Of a DNA stretch of 64,000 nucleotides, positions 11,082-24,249 are shown one piece after another. The position numbers and the translations under genes are program-made. How positions within the stretch are numbered: position 1 is the first letter of the stretch; the number at the start of each line of letters is the position of its first letter. The DNA is from Amoebophrya sp. A120 (Eukaryota > Protista > Dinoflagellata): positions 3,611,706 through 3,675,705 of the forward strand of contig CAJINV010000001.1 of the NCBI GenBank assembly GCA_905178155.1, written 5' to 3'. The notes beneath the pieces are model-generated. The model searched no databases. It saw only the letters and a list, made by a program, of their open reading frames with translations, and had not been told where the DNA came from.

Positions 11082-14000
11082 ATGCAGCCAGGTTATTTTG
11101 CACAGGCACCGGTTGCCGGCGGAGCTGCCGGCGCTGCGATGTATGCTGTGCCGCCTCCGATGCAGCAGGCGGGACCACAAAGGATTTCCGCGGGTGGTCA
11201 GCCCCTGCAGCCCGTTTTCGTTGACCCAGCGACGGGTCAGGTGACCACAGCGCTGCCGGCGCTCCCACTGGGTGTGGCTACTACGGTGGATCCGACGACG
11301 GGTAGACCGACCTTGCCGCCAAGTGCGGGGCAACTTCCCACAAGCGCACAGCAACTGCCTGCCGGGGGTGGTTTATTTCTCCCTTCGCAGCAGCCTGCCA
11401 CAGGATCCTCGTCCATACTAGGTCAAGACGCGCGCGCCCAGATGCTGAACCCCTCTTTGTACGAAAACCAACAGTTTCTACAGTCGTCAAGGCAAGTTAG
11501 CTTCGCCGCAACGGAATTGGCGTTCTACCAAAATCTGCACACTATGGCAGACGGCGCCGACCCGGTTACCGGGGAGATTCAGGTACTAGACAACAGGAGA
11601 ACGACGTGCTCTTGGTTGCAACATACTAAATTCATACATCTCGTCTTTGACCCTACTGACCACCCGATAGTACCGCTTCCGATTGATTCAAATGTGACGA
11701 AAACTCGTCTGGACAGTTGAAAATACAATTTTCAGGGCCCGGAGGCCGCAGCGTTTCTGGCAAAAAGTGGTCTGCCGAAGACGATGCTGCACCAAATATG
11801 GCAGTTGGCAGACGTGAATGAAACAGGAAAACTGAACGTGGAAGAGTTTTACATCGCGTTGCGTCTCGTCGCGCACGCACAAAACACTGGGCTTGTGCAT
11901 CCGGAGCTGATTCATACGGTATTGTTTTTGCGCTTGTTTGTCTGTCTTTGGTTAGCGGACAAAGTTTTTCCCCGTCGCCCGAATGTTGAATACTTATCCT
12001 AGCAAGTTGCTTTATGTTAGAAGCTACAAAGGAAAAAATACGTCAAATCATCCAGGAACCGATGACACTGCCAAGTTTTGACACAATGTCCCAGAGACGC
12101 CAGTTATCGGAGCCATCAGGTACAAAGGAGACAACGACTCACAGTTGTTCGATGCGACCGCAATGAGATCAATAATGCATGAAAATGATGAACCGCCAAA
12201 AACGATAAAAATAAAATTACTCCACAGAGGGCGGCAATACGCCGTCCGTGATCGGGGGAGCGGAGCAGGAACTGCAGGTGCTCGGCACGGCCGTGGATCC
12301 TCTGAAGGTGATCGAGTCTACGGCACGACAGCAGGAGAAGATGGACTACCTGGCGAAGGCCCAGCAATCCATGTCGTTCAACGTCACGGAGCAGATTCTG
12401 TACCAAAAAATCTTCGAAACCCTGGAGCCGGAAGACGGCGAGATACAAGGGACGAAGAAGGTGTCCGAGTTCCTGGAATCCTCCGGTCTGCCGCGAACGA
12501 TCTTGCACGAACTGTGGGCCATCGCCGACGAGGAGAGCACAGGCAATTTGAATCGCGTCCAATTCTTCATCCTTCTGCGCCTCATCGCGCACGCGCAGGC
12601 GGCGGATAATGCCATGGTAAGTCATGGCTTTTCGATACGCTTTTTTTTGCTTATCCATGCAGTTTTTCGAAACTACAAGTATTATGACAATGAGCACGTG
12701 AAAAACAAATCTGATTTGGAAACTCCAGCCTTCCCCCGGCCTGCAGTTTGTCGAGCCCCCGTCTCTGCCCCTGTTTGATCCCAACTTTGTGCTAGCCGGT
12801 GGCACCACGGTTGCGGACGCCGCCGCGGCGCCGGCGGCGGCAGTCGCCTCGCAGCCAGGGGCGTTTGTCTGTGAACCTCTAAGCAGGAAGGAAAGGAAGA
12901 AATACGCCGCAATTTTTCTGAAAACCGACAGCAACGGCGACGGCCTCGTCGAGGGCGAGGAAGCAAAGCAGCTCATGCAGCGCTCGAAGTTGCCAAACGA
13001 ATTTCTCGCTATCACCTGGCAACTCGCAGACCGAGACAATGATGGAAAGTACATTCCAAATATTTTCCGCTTTACTTTTTGGAAATCAGGTAGCCGTCAG
13101 GCCGGCATGATAGATCCATTGTGCGTCGGATTTTCGATTTTTCCGAAAGGTTTTTGAAGATAGATCATACAAAAAAAAATTAAAAACGCCCCTATCAGGC
13201 TGAATTTCGGCGAGTTTTTGGTCGCGATGCACCTGATAACGCGGTGCAAGAAGGGGGACTTCCGCGCAGACGAGATAGCGAACCTGCCAACGCTCGACAA
13301 CGTGCTCCCGGGGCACGTGGAGGCGCTGCTGAGTGACACCACCGCGGGCGCGGAAGCTGACATCACACCGAGCTCCATCGCGGTAAACCAAATGTCCGAG
13401 GCGGCCGCGCAGATGACCGCTGCGTCCTCACCCACCGCGACGCCACAGCTCGAGTCGCTAATTGCGCGCAGCCCGGAGATCTCCTACCTGCAAGCCGTAA
13501 ACAGCGCCGCCATGGCGAAACCGCCGCCCGCACCAGGTACAACCACTGCCAACTTCATATCCAACGGGAACGGCGGAGGGGACCACCATGCCGCGAACAA
13601 CACAAAAGCAGTGTCGTCCACCGCGCCCGTTGTTGGAGCAAGCGCGGTAGGTTCGGCTCCGTCAGCGCCCAGCGCATGGAGCAGTAGTTCTTTTCAATAC
13701 CAAACAGCGGCAATCGCGCCGCCACTAGCGCCGTCGAGACTGCTCGCCGCTGCGCTTGGCGTGTCGGCGGATCCGAGCTCCGGGAGTACCGCGCCACCGG
13801 CAGCGGCCGTCATCCCGGGCACCGGTCCTGCGGCCAGCAGTACCTCGGTGCAGCCGCATCTGCCACGGTTCGGAACCGACGTGACAATAGAAGAACCCAA
13901 GCCGAATACAATCTCCGCAACCTACCTCGAAGACATTGCCGAGGCGGACAAACGGTTGGCAAGGCGCACGCAGCAAGAGGTCGACAGTCTGGAGGAAGCC

Positions 14001-14959
14001 CTGAAAACGCTAAATGACAAGTTCGAAGAGATGGAGCGGGAGGTGCGGGGGGCGCAGCGTGAGCAGGAGCGCCGGGTCGAGCAGGTTACGGAAAGGGAAA
14101 AGCAAAGGGACTACCTGCTTCAGAGACTGAAAACGTTGACCGAGGAACGACGGGCGGCAACGGTGGCAACGTTCTCGGCGACAAGTAGTGGGAGCAAGGT
14201 ACTAGAGTTTGTTCTTCTTCTTCAGCAGGGAAAATTTTTTTTTTCCTGTGCGAAGTGATTCTGTTTCTGTGGGATAGACCATGGTCATAAAATACACGAC
14301 GCCCTGCATTTTTTTTTTCCACTTCGACATCATGATGATGATCATCTTCAAAATAATTCTCACAGACCTACTTCGCGGAAGAGATGCAGTACCTGGAAAA
14401 TGCGCTTCGCGAGCAGGTTTCCCACCTGGAGAGCGTCTCCGACGCGAATGCGATGCTTGAGAAGCAATTTCACCAGGCGGACCTGCATCTGCAGCAGCTG
14501 GAACGTCAGCGGCGGGAGCTGGAGAAGGAGACGCAGCTCGAGAAAGAAGCTTTGAAAAACGAGGAGCGGGAAAATTCCACGTTGAAAACCGGTCTGGACG
14601 GGCTGCAACGCAAAATTTCAGTTGTGAACACGAACCTTGCTCTGCAGCAGGCCGAGGGCGTCGGCGCCGCCGGGATTCTGAATAGCATTCCGAATTTCGG
14701 TGTGAACACTGCCCGGTTCATGGACGCCAGCGCAGCCGGGGCGTCCGGGATTCTGCCCTACCCCACGGCGTCCGAGTTGACCCGATCGCGCTCGGAAAAT
14801 AAGGCCAACAACGACACCGAGGAGTTGGGAAAGATGGGCGGCCACAGCTGGAGTGGGCTGCTCACCCAACCGGCGGACGATCCTAAGACGGGTGCTGGGG
14901 ATGCGGGAAAACCGAAACGGGCAATACTGCCCAAGGCCTTTGATCGGGAGGGTGTTTAG
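11082..14959 (+). CDS. EH-domain endocytic adaptor (Eps15/intersectin-like) with coiled coil (spliced)
   Basis: Three EH repeats (FLAKSGLPKTMLHQIWQLAD; FLESSGLPRTILHELWAIAD; SKLPNEFLAITWQLADRDNDGKLNFGEFLVAMHLI). GT-AG introns at 11583-11735, 11919-12055, 12120-12228, ~12617-12728, ~13049-13198 and ~14199-14366. Confidence 0.9.
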
Positions 14960-15894
14960 GAAGCTTTGCTAGGACGGAAGCAGACTTTCGCTGTAGTTTT
15001 TGCCACAGCGCGAAACAAAACCTGTTCTTGCGAGCTGAGAAATCGCACTACAGTACAGTAGATAGATTATACGAATTCATCGTGACTCTCCTGTTTGACA
15101 AATATACCACAAGGCGATTCGGATTCCGCTGGTGCACCTGAACTTGCCGGATCCATATCAGTCGAAAAAACAATTAATTTGGAATCTTAACTCGAAAGTA
15201 ATGTAAGCTCCATGAGCTTCAAACCTGCAACGAAAAACAGATACCACTTGCTATCGTATGCATAGATACGGCTTGAATGCAACTGCCTTACGGAAGAATA
15301 AAAATAGCGCGAAGAAGATAGATTGTGAAATACCATATGCCTACCAGCAACTACATGCCCAGGAACTACTGCGGTAGTTGTGTGCTAAGGCTGGTCCAGT
15401 TTTCTCGTAGAAAGGCTGTTCCTGTTGAGCTTTAGCTGCTTCCACATAAGGATTATTCGGTCGACGTCGATCTCCAGCTCTAGATGAAGTGTCGGTCGTG
15501 CAAAAAATGGTTTCGTACTCGGTCCTGCGGACAACAAGAAGTCAGTCGGTCGTCGTGCTCCGATTACTCTGAAACGCCTCACTCTCGGTCTTCGTACACA
15601 AAAAGCACAGATGCGTTGCTCGTTCGGTTTTGTCGTGCAAAAGGTTCGGTTTTCCAGCGTGCGTAAGTTCTACTTGCTCCTCCGCCTTTCGTTACGTTCG
15701 TACAAATTTTCGTTCTTTCTGCACTGATTACAATTCCGTAAATTGCAACAACACCGATTAATACCAATTTCGCACCTTGCAGGACCTCATTGATTATTCC
15801 GACATTTGAACTACTTTTTTGATCGTCTTTATCCATTCCCCAGTTACGTATGATGTACATAAGAGCTGCTACCTGAGCCAAACAAGACAGCGCG

Positions 15895-16471
15895 ATGTCG
15901 GGTAGGAACGAGAGTCGGGAGCGGCGGCGGATCCCGGACAACCACAAAGAGCCATGTGCTGTTTGCGGCGAGCCGATGAAGGCCGTCAACGCGGAGGAAG
16001 CAGGGCTTATGACGAGGGCAAACCAGATTCTGATCGGGGTGCTGCGACACTACTCCATGCTCTACTACGGGACAAAAGATGTCACGGACTTGAGCGCAGG
16101 TATGTTGAGCTGCATTAAGCTACGTTTATTTCTCCTCTCTACTTAGGCGGATAAGCAGCACTAAAACAGCATTAATTGTTTCGAATACAATTTTTCATTC
16201 GACTTGCCCTCTCCCAAAAAAACACACAGTTGCCGTCGAGATGCGATCGAATACCTCATCCCTTGACGACGCCGAGAGACAAGAGTTTATGGATTACGTA
16301 GATTCCGACGACGGCAAGGAGGGTTGGAAGGCCCCGCTGGCGCAGGAGGGTTACCGATTCCGTAACGTAGCCGTAATCTTCGTAATTTCCGTCCTGTTCG
16401 TCGGTGGCTTGTGGGCCATCTTAGATTTTTCAGGCGTCATTCCGGACAGGTCCACGCAGGCTGCCAGATAA
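15895..16471 (+). CDS. Small CxxC single-pass membrane protein, paralog 1
   Basis: CAVCGEPMKA...ILIGVLRHYS; intron 16100-16229; YVDSDDGKEGWK followed by a hydrophobic helix. Clearly paralogous to the gene at 17807. Confidence 0.8.
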
Positions 16472-17806
16472 CCACGTGCAGGATGTAAACGAATTGGTGA
16501 GAAGTTCCGTATTCTGCAGCGGAGCAGCAGTAACTTCGTGTCTACTTCACGGCTCCTGCACTAATCACCTGCGAAGAAGGGTACTTGTGTTTTTTGTTTT
16601 GTGATTGCACTGCGGCCAGCGCCAGGGCCAGGGTTTCTTGTTTTCATCTCTTGTGTCAAGAAGTAGTGCTGATCGAGGCTTAAATGGGAAAACATATCTT
16701 TGGCCCACCGCATTCATTGATGACCACGCTTCCACGATGAATCCTTGCGCAAACATAATCTACCAATACCAAACAGGTGTTCTTTCACAATCCGGAGGGG
16801 AGGGCGAACCGCTGAAGACCATGATTTTGTTACTCCAAGAGTACGTATTCACTTCACTAATTTGCAATTATAGCCTGTTACTGGGACATCACTCACTGCG
16901 GCTCAAGGCGCACCGAAATAATGCATACAATTCTCGATCTTTATTTCCCCACTCTTTGCTTTCTTTTTTCTATTGAATACTGGGATCACAGTAGTAGTAG
17001 ACCTTTACCGCTGCTTCGTGAGAAGTGATCTTTTCGTTCAGTACCCCTAGACGTTTAGTTCGACTTATTTTGCAAAATTAGTATACTTTTCTTCTCAATA
17101 GCAGCCCTTTTTTCTGCTACGGTGCTATGAAATTAAACGTCCACTGCATACATACACATAGCGGAAGCATAAGTAACAAACCAACATGTTTTGGATTGCA
17201 ACTCTGAGCAGCGGCGGGTTTTGCGAACACGTCATGCAAAAGATGTTGTCCACACAAAAATTTTTTTCGAGTCTTTGCACGCAGCAACCCATTTTGCGTT
17301 TACAGGATTCAGGGATGTTCTTCAACTTTAATGTGGATCTCAAAAGGAGGAATACTTCAGTGTATGCTATTCAACCCTGTGCTCCGTGTCTTTCTTTTGA
17401 CCTCGTTGCGATACGTGATGAAAATGGGTGTCGGGTCGTTGTCGTCAATCGTGTTATGATATTGCACATTTATCGGTTCCAGTTCAAAAATGTTTCTTGA
17501 AAATAAGTGCATCAAGTCGTATTGAGATCTGATGTCGTTGACGCTCTTCGTGGGATGAAGAACATGTCTTGACAATAACATCGCTGGTCGCGACGTCATC
17601 GTTTTCAACATCGTCGTGTGTGCTTCTGCATTGTTTACGTGTTGACGTATATGCCCCGAAAGATGATTTTATCAACCGAATTCCCCAGCGCTTTTTTTCT
17701 TATTGGTTGGTTTCCACATTTTCGGCGGTCCCGCCGGGGGACCGTCAATTTTTCTCGAGCGGCAAACATGACTACAATAAAAAGCTAGAACAAGGAAGAA
17801 GAAAAG

Positions 17807-18803
17807 ATGGAGATGACTCAGGCGGCGTCTTCGAGCTCCGCCCCGCCGGGCGGAAACTGGCTCGAAACTGCCCCTACAGAGTCGACTTCGCACGACTGTG
17901 CCGTATGCGGGGAGCCCATGAAAGCGCGCAACGCTGAGGAACGACACCTGATGCAGAGGACCAACGAGATCATGATCGGCATCCTGAGATACTACTCGCA
18001 CATGTACTTCGGCGTGGGAGATGTCACCAATCTCAAGGCGGAAATGGAGGGAGGTACTATTTCTAATTCTAGTAGAACAGCAATATGTTGGTGACCTGTT
18101 AGTTTGCAAGATGTTCATGCACAAGATCCGGCTTGTTGCCTACAAACTCACTGTAAAATGAATAAGATCAAGAAGATGCAATCCGAACTAAAAATCAGTC
18201 GAGATCGAGATGGACACCGGGGTGGATGATTACATGGATGAGCAGCGGGAACAGTTCCTCGAGTACGTAGATTCCGACGACGGTCAGGAGGGGTGGAAAC
18301 CACCCTTGCAACGAAGCCTTTGGAGCTACCACACTGTGGCGGGCGTGATGGTCACGGTCATTCTCGTCATCGGCATCACCTGGATCCTGCTGGACGTACT
18401 ATCCCTTTATTGCAATTTTGGATTTTCAATTTTTTCAAGTACTGATCAAAGAAACAAATGGCACAACTCTTACTTAAATCTGTTGTTCTCGGACGGCGGT
18501 AGTTTGTGTGTTTTGTGTCAAAAACAGCTTTTTGAGTTCGCTCCTAAGTATGGTCGTCACTTTGCAAAGCATCAACATGCGCAACATTCTCGATATTTGA
18601 ACAACATCATGCGCCTCGAGAATAAAAAACAGGCGTTCGGAGTGGCAGCGCGCGGGAAGACAGCGAATATCAATAAACTATCCGTGAACGGTGCACCCGA
18701 TATGAAAGCCGGATTTCATCAAAGCAAGGCCACGGCTTTCATCATGGTTCGGGAGCTGCCGACAGATGAACCCCTACCTGTCTTCGTTCAGCCCGAGATT
18801 TGA
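17807..18803 (+). CDS. Small CxxC single-pass membrane protein, paralog 2
   Basis: CAVCGEPMKA...IMIGILRYYS; introns ~18053-18198 and ~18396-18632; YVDSDDGQEGWK followed by a TM helix. Confidence 0.8.
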
Positions 18804-19325
18804 GACTGAGACGTTTTTTGAACCGATTAGATGCTATCTATTTCGTGTTATACAAGCATCAACTTATCCTGTTGTACCAAAAGAGAATAGCGTCAAAAAA
18901 TCAATAATGCCGTTTTTATGTAAAATGTATAAATTTGTTTCCGTTCTTTGTTTGTACCCAAGAAGTGAATAAGTGCTCAGTCGTCGCTCCTACTGTGGTA
19001 ACTATGAGCAGTTCAATGTAGCTCGTTGCATAAAGCTGCCCCACCTGGTACCTTCGAAGAAGCAATGACAGTAGGAGAAAGAACCTTTGCTACTAAGCAA
19101 GGGGAGATCAGATAAAAAAGAATATCAGCATAAAGTTCTGCTGTGGCGATGCAGGATTCTTTTGTGTTGTTCGAAGAAAGGTTTTTGATTTTTTTAGGAT
19201 CCCAGAATCAAAAAGAGCAGCATCATGGTGCCTTCCCCTTGGGGAACCAATACGGCTGTTGTGTAATTTGAATTTCAGGGCAGAGACACTTGATAGATTA
19301 TCTAGCGGTTTCGAGGGACGAGAAA

Positions 19326-20384
19326 ATGAGTGCCAAAAACATGCCTTTCGTCCCGTGGACGTCCGTGCTTACTGCTTTCGTTCTCGCTTACGCCACTGTG
19401 GTGCTACCTTGGGACAGGCTTTTGACCGACCTGTTGCTCGCAGATCATGACAGAACTACAGGGAGAATAACAATTAAAAGCGAGGACCACGGCTCAACAC
19501 TTCGCGCGGCTTCTTACGACGCCGTCGTGGTTCTCGGCACGAGCCTGGAGTACGACGAGAATCTCGACGCCGTCCTTCCAACCCCAGAGCTGGTGGAGCG
19601 CACTCTAGCCGGTGCGCAGCAGGCGGCGAAGACAAAAACGGAGAGGCTCGTCTTTTCCGGGGGGCCTGCGTACAAGGGGTACGCTTCGGAGGCGGAAGTG
19701 ATGCAAAATACGTTGGAATTGATTGCGCCGCTAATCGATGGAGGAACTACTGCAACACGATCCAATGTTGAACCTGTTGCGAACACCAGCAAAAAAAACG
19801 ACGACGAGAAGGGGACGGCATCAGTGTCGTCGCAGCTTCTGAGTGCCGTCTCAAACCTCGTCGTCCTCGAGTCCGAGTCTGTTTCAACGCTGACCAATGC
19901 GGTTTTTACGAAAAAACTACTACTTGACGCAGAAAACAAGCAGAAACCAGGAGAACAAGCGAGAGAAAAGCGCCTACTCCTTGTCACTTCCGCGTACCAT
20001 CAATTGCGTAGTCGGCTCGTGTTCGAAAATGTGTTCAATAAGAACCGTGACGGAAGAAGTGCACGTGTCGAAATCGACGTCGCTGATGCTGACCAGGCAC
20101 TCAGCGAAATTTGTGCTGAGATCGTCTTCGCACAGGGTAACCCAAAAATATCATCTGCACCGATTCTGAAGACGGGGAACAAGACAGAGGTTGGGACGAA
20201 ATCGAACTTCGAAGAGACTCTCAGAAACCGAATGATGCACGTAGCCAATAGAAATTTCGTTCTGCAACGATCGAACTCAGTCTGGTACGTGCTTTATCCA
20301 GATCGAGAAGCCTTGCTTCGGAAATACATGGTCGTCAGAGAACTCGGAGGACTCGTAAAATACTGGCTGCGTGGCAACCTGTAG
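19326..20384 (+). CDS. DUF218 (YdcF/ElyC/SanA-like) protein with N-terminal TM segment
   Basis: Motifs DAVVVLG, LVFSGG, SEAEVM, ESESVSTLTNA, LLVTSAYHQLRS and C-terminal RE. Intronless; first ATG at 19326. Confidence 0.85.
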   Translation: MSAKNMPFVPWTSVLTAFVLAYATVVLPWDRLLTDLLLADHDRTTGRITIKSEDHGSTLRAASYDAVVVLGTSLEYDENLDAVLPTPELVERTLAGAQQAAKTKTERLVFSGGPAYKGYASEAEVMQNTLELIAPLIDGGTTATRSNVEPVANTSKKNDDEKGTASVSSQLLSAVSNLVVLESESVSTLTNAVFTKKLLLDAENKQKPGEQAREKRLLLVTSAYHQLRSRLVFENVFNKNRDGRSARVEIDVADADQALSEICAEIVFAQGNPKISSAPILKTGNKTEVGTKSNFEETLRNRMMHVANRNFVLQRSNSVWYVLYPDREALLRKYMVVRELGGLVKYWLRGNL

Positions 20385-21176
20385 CAAAAGCGATGCGACA
20401 TGCTACTCTTAGAAGTGACTCTGCAAGCAGTAAGCTATTGTAAAACCACAGTACTAGAAACAAATGTTTCTGGGACTGAATTCGAATTCAGTATCAAGAT
20501 CAGACCCTCTCACGGGGGCAACTGCAAAGCCAAAGGTTCGGACGAAGTTTTTCAGCCGTCGACTTTACGCCCTGACGTGTTTTGCTAAGTAACTGTTTGC
20601 AATTACTTAATCTTTCCAGCTAGTCCACCGGCTAAAAAAGAAATCGTTCGGTTTTCTCGTACACGTTTTTGACGCACGACACATAGTCCGCTTCGACGCA
20701 TACTGAAGATTATCGGTAGTTATGCTGTATAGAAACGCAAAAAAAAAAATCATCGGTCTTGCCTGTCGTTCATGCTTCATTGCACTGTCGGTTTTTTGAG
20801 CGACACAAAGCTGCGGCGCAGAACGCAATCTTTCGGTCTGGTTATCGTTTTAAGTACCGCGAAAAAGAAAACTTCGGTTGTGTAGTTGCAGCGTCGTTAC
20901 AGAAGCAATTCGGTGCTTCCTGGAAAGGAGCTTCGTTTAACTCTTTTTGGTTTCGTCACATCGAATAACTCTAATGTCCTCGGTGTCGTTCTGTGCTCCT
21001 GGTACCGTCGCAGAAAAAAAAATTAGCTCGTAAACAAACCTCCAACCATGCTAACAAAACTAACACCCCAACAGCACATATTGAGACCCCATTTTTGAAT
21101 TTTGATGTTTCTTTTTCGACCACTTTGCGATACTGATTGACACTCTTTTTCTTCCCCGTTTTAAACTTTTTCCCCG

Positions 21177-21735
21177 ATGGGCCGTCGTGATCGCGGAGAA
21201 GACGACCGGGCCACCACGGGTGCAGGCGGCGGTAGCACCCCTCGCGGCCGAGACAACCCGGCGGCGGGGCAAGGCGGACACTGTACCATCTGCTCCGCCC
21301 TCATCGACAAAAATGAGGACCGGGCCACCATCGAGAAGTCCACAAGGGTAGAAATATCAATTTTTCTGAAGAATTGCTGTATGTTTTGAAGATCTTCGTT
21401 TGTTTTTTGGTGCGGATAAGTTTACAATGGTGTGCTAGATCCATCAAAAAGGAAACGAGTTTGATAAAGCAAGTATATATCGGTTTGAACAATAACTACA
21501 GGTGATCTTGGGTTTACTGTCCCACTACAGTGAGACCCTGCTGGGGGTGATCAAGCGAGGTCCCCAGCATGACGAAGGCGACCGAAGAATGAAGAATTTT
21601 GGGAGTGACGAGGAAGAGGAGGAGGAGCAAACGTGCACCCCAATGTTTATTTGCATGATTGTCACGATCGTCGTTCTCGTCGGTCTGGCGATCGGCGGAT
21701 TTGCCTGGGCAATGGTGCTGCAGAGGAAGGGTTGA
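21177..21735 (+). CDS. Small CxxC single-pass membrane protein, paralog 3
   Basis: CTICSAL...EKSTR|VILGLLSHYSETLL; intron 21348-21501; acidic linker then TM helix. Confidence 0.8.
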
Positions 21736-23437
21736 TCGAATGAAAGAAGATGACGTGATGAAACACAAACAGCAATAACCCAATGGGAATGAAGCTTGGT
21801 GTTCCCGAGATTGTACTCGGGGCACGATGAAGCTACTACACAGGTGGTAGAAGAGCTTCTCTCGGTGTATTGCGGTGAATGAATCAAATCTCGAAAAAGC
21901 ACCTCTGTAGTTTCTTCTTTTTTCTAGGCTCAACCTCTGTGCATTTGCACCTCATGTGGTCAAAAAAGTTGCCATTTTTCCTCCTTCCTCACCTCGTGTC
22001 CAACTCGAAGCGAGAAAACAGAGCTCGCACTCGGACAGTGAGAAAGAGAGCTTGATATTTGAATTTTGTGTGGTCCGCGTATGTGTTTCATTTTTCAACC
22101 ATTGCAACCGACTTTGCTGACACTGACCTTTATCTTTACCTTTTTTTCAGCTACGCAGACATTTACAGAAGCCTTTTTTGCTACGTTCTCAATTTCGAAA
22201 TTTATGAAGACCTACTGCGTGCTTATTGTTTTATTTTGGAAGCCCTACTACTTGCCCAGATTCTACGACGCAGACTACTCTACAACGAGCCCCTATCTTT
22301 CCGTAGCGTGATGTAATGGGATTTAACAAAGATACTATGAATACAGGAGAAGACATTCGTAGTAAAGCTGCCAGCCTTGGAGGATGAATACAGCGAAGAT
22401 GAATCTCACTGTTGCCATCCACCTTCGGCACTACAATTAAAGAGGTGATCGAAAAATTCTACACTATGGACTGCGCCACATCCTTACGCTACCGGTAAAG
22501 GTATATCTACAATGTCATCAGCATCAGCTCTGCCGCCAGTCTCGTTACCAAAATTGAGCTTGCTACCATTCTGGCGCCTACGTACTCACACCGGCTACAT
22601 CTAGGGTACTTTTTTTGGACGCTTCATCAAGCTCAAGACAAGCTCACGAGGCAAGAGCCGAACGACAACCAACAATTACTCCCGAATGACATTAGGGGGC
22701 TTTTCTTGGCAAGTTAAAAAAAAATTCTACTGGTCGCTGAAAGGTGGCGGTGCTCGCACACAGGAAAGATATCGCGCATTTCCTTCCAGAAGCTGGGTTT
22801 TCTCGTTGCTTAAGCCATCGGTTTATCAAACACCGGGATAACAAGTGCGGCGCATCCACACAGGCTAAAAAATCGTCGGTCTCGTGCACTTTATGTGAAA
22901 GAACTCAAAGGTCGTTCGGTTTCAACGTCCACATGTTTTAGCAGTTTCGTCGTCCATAACGCTGCAGCGCATTCGTATTCGAAACGAACGACATGAGAGC
23001 GATTTTTCTTCGGTTGAAGCACGTCGTCCGCATCGTGCTACTTTTGTGATTCTAAAAATCGTCCGGGTCGTAGTCGTGTTTGCTCATGCAACATTTTTCA
23101 TGGCAGAAGGTCGTTCGGTGGTAACATTCTGATCGTTCTGTGGTCGTCGTCTGGTCTCGTACGTCACCCTACAAGTCGTTCGCTCTCCGTGCTAAAATTA
23201 CTCCGCCTTTTAGTACTCACGTCCTTCAAAATTTGTCCCCCCATTGTCAATTTCTGACCAGGAAACCGATTTCTTGTGTCCCCACGCAAGATTCAGTTTC
23301 TATCCCATTGATTTTATCTATCGCAAACATTCCTTTATAGCTACGATCTGTGTTTTTTTTACAGTAAACATTCTCAACATTTTTGTCGAATACGCAGCTA
23401 GTACGAAAAATTGCATGTCGGAGCGGCAGTGAAGGCC

Positions 23438-24249
23438 ATGGCGGATAGCGACTTCGAGTAAACCTGATTTTTTTCTTCCCAAGAGATTTTTTTTGCGCTT
23501 GAAATGTTGTAGTTTCTTTTTGATGTCGAGCTACTCATGTACTTTGGTTTTTGTTGAAAATGAAAACAATTTTTTTGATTGACAAAAACTACAGCGACGC
23601 CAGCAAGGGCGGCGATGGACAGTTGTCCCCGCGCGGCGCAGGAGGCGGCACCGGCGGCGGAACCTGCCGCGTTTGCCACGCGCTACTAGAGGAGGATAAA
23701 CTCACCGACACGCGCGCAGTGGAGAAGAGCACAAGGGTAGATACTGGATAATTCGAATTTCTATGCTGACAAGTTGTGCGTTCATTCACTTGTGATGTAG
23801 TCGATTTGGATTGACAGATCATTCAGCTTCAAGACTTGATCATATGCTTGGAAGTGGATCGCACAGATGAACTTCAGGTCAATATTAACGTCAATCTTCT
23901 TTACTCCATGCAATCGACTAAAAAGGTAATTCTGGGGCTCATGAGCCACTACTCGGAGACGTTGTTGAGCGTGATAAAGCGTGGGCCGCAGACCCGGGAC
24001 GTGGAGCTGAAGCGGCACGCGGACGACAGCGACCACGAGGGAGAGGAGGAGGACACAATCTTCACCTGCTACTGCATCAGCATGTCCATTCTGGTAGTCG
24101 TCCTCATCATCGGCGCGTCTGTCGGTATTTACTTCGTCGCCACGAAGGGGAAGTCTTCCTCCAGTAGTTCCTTTCTCGAGCAGAGTGGCACAACCGCGGA
24201 ACTTTACAACCCCCTGAATGTGCTCGGCGCTTTTCTCGGGTTGCAGTGA
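23438..24249 (+). CDS. Small CxxC single-pass membrane protein, paralog 4
   Basis: CRVCHAL...EKSTR|VILGLMSHYSETLL; introns 23458-23594 and 23737-23925 (second at the same position as in paralog 3); TM helix. Confidence 0.8.

Noticed and set aside
18396-18632. Coding read-through in ORF 18210-18803
   Set aside because: AT-rich with a GTAC donor and AAAACAG acceptor; better explained as a stop-free in-frame intron.
22059-22700. Possible decayed gene or transposon fragment
   Set aside because: Only broken frames without recognisable motifs; cannot support a call.
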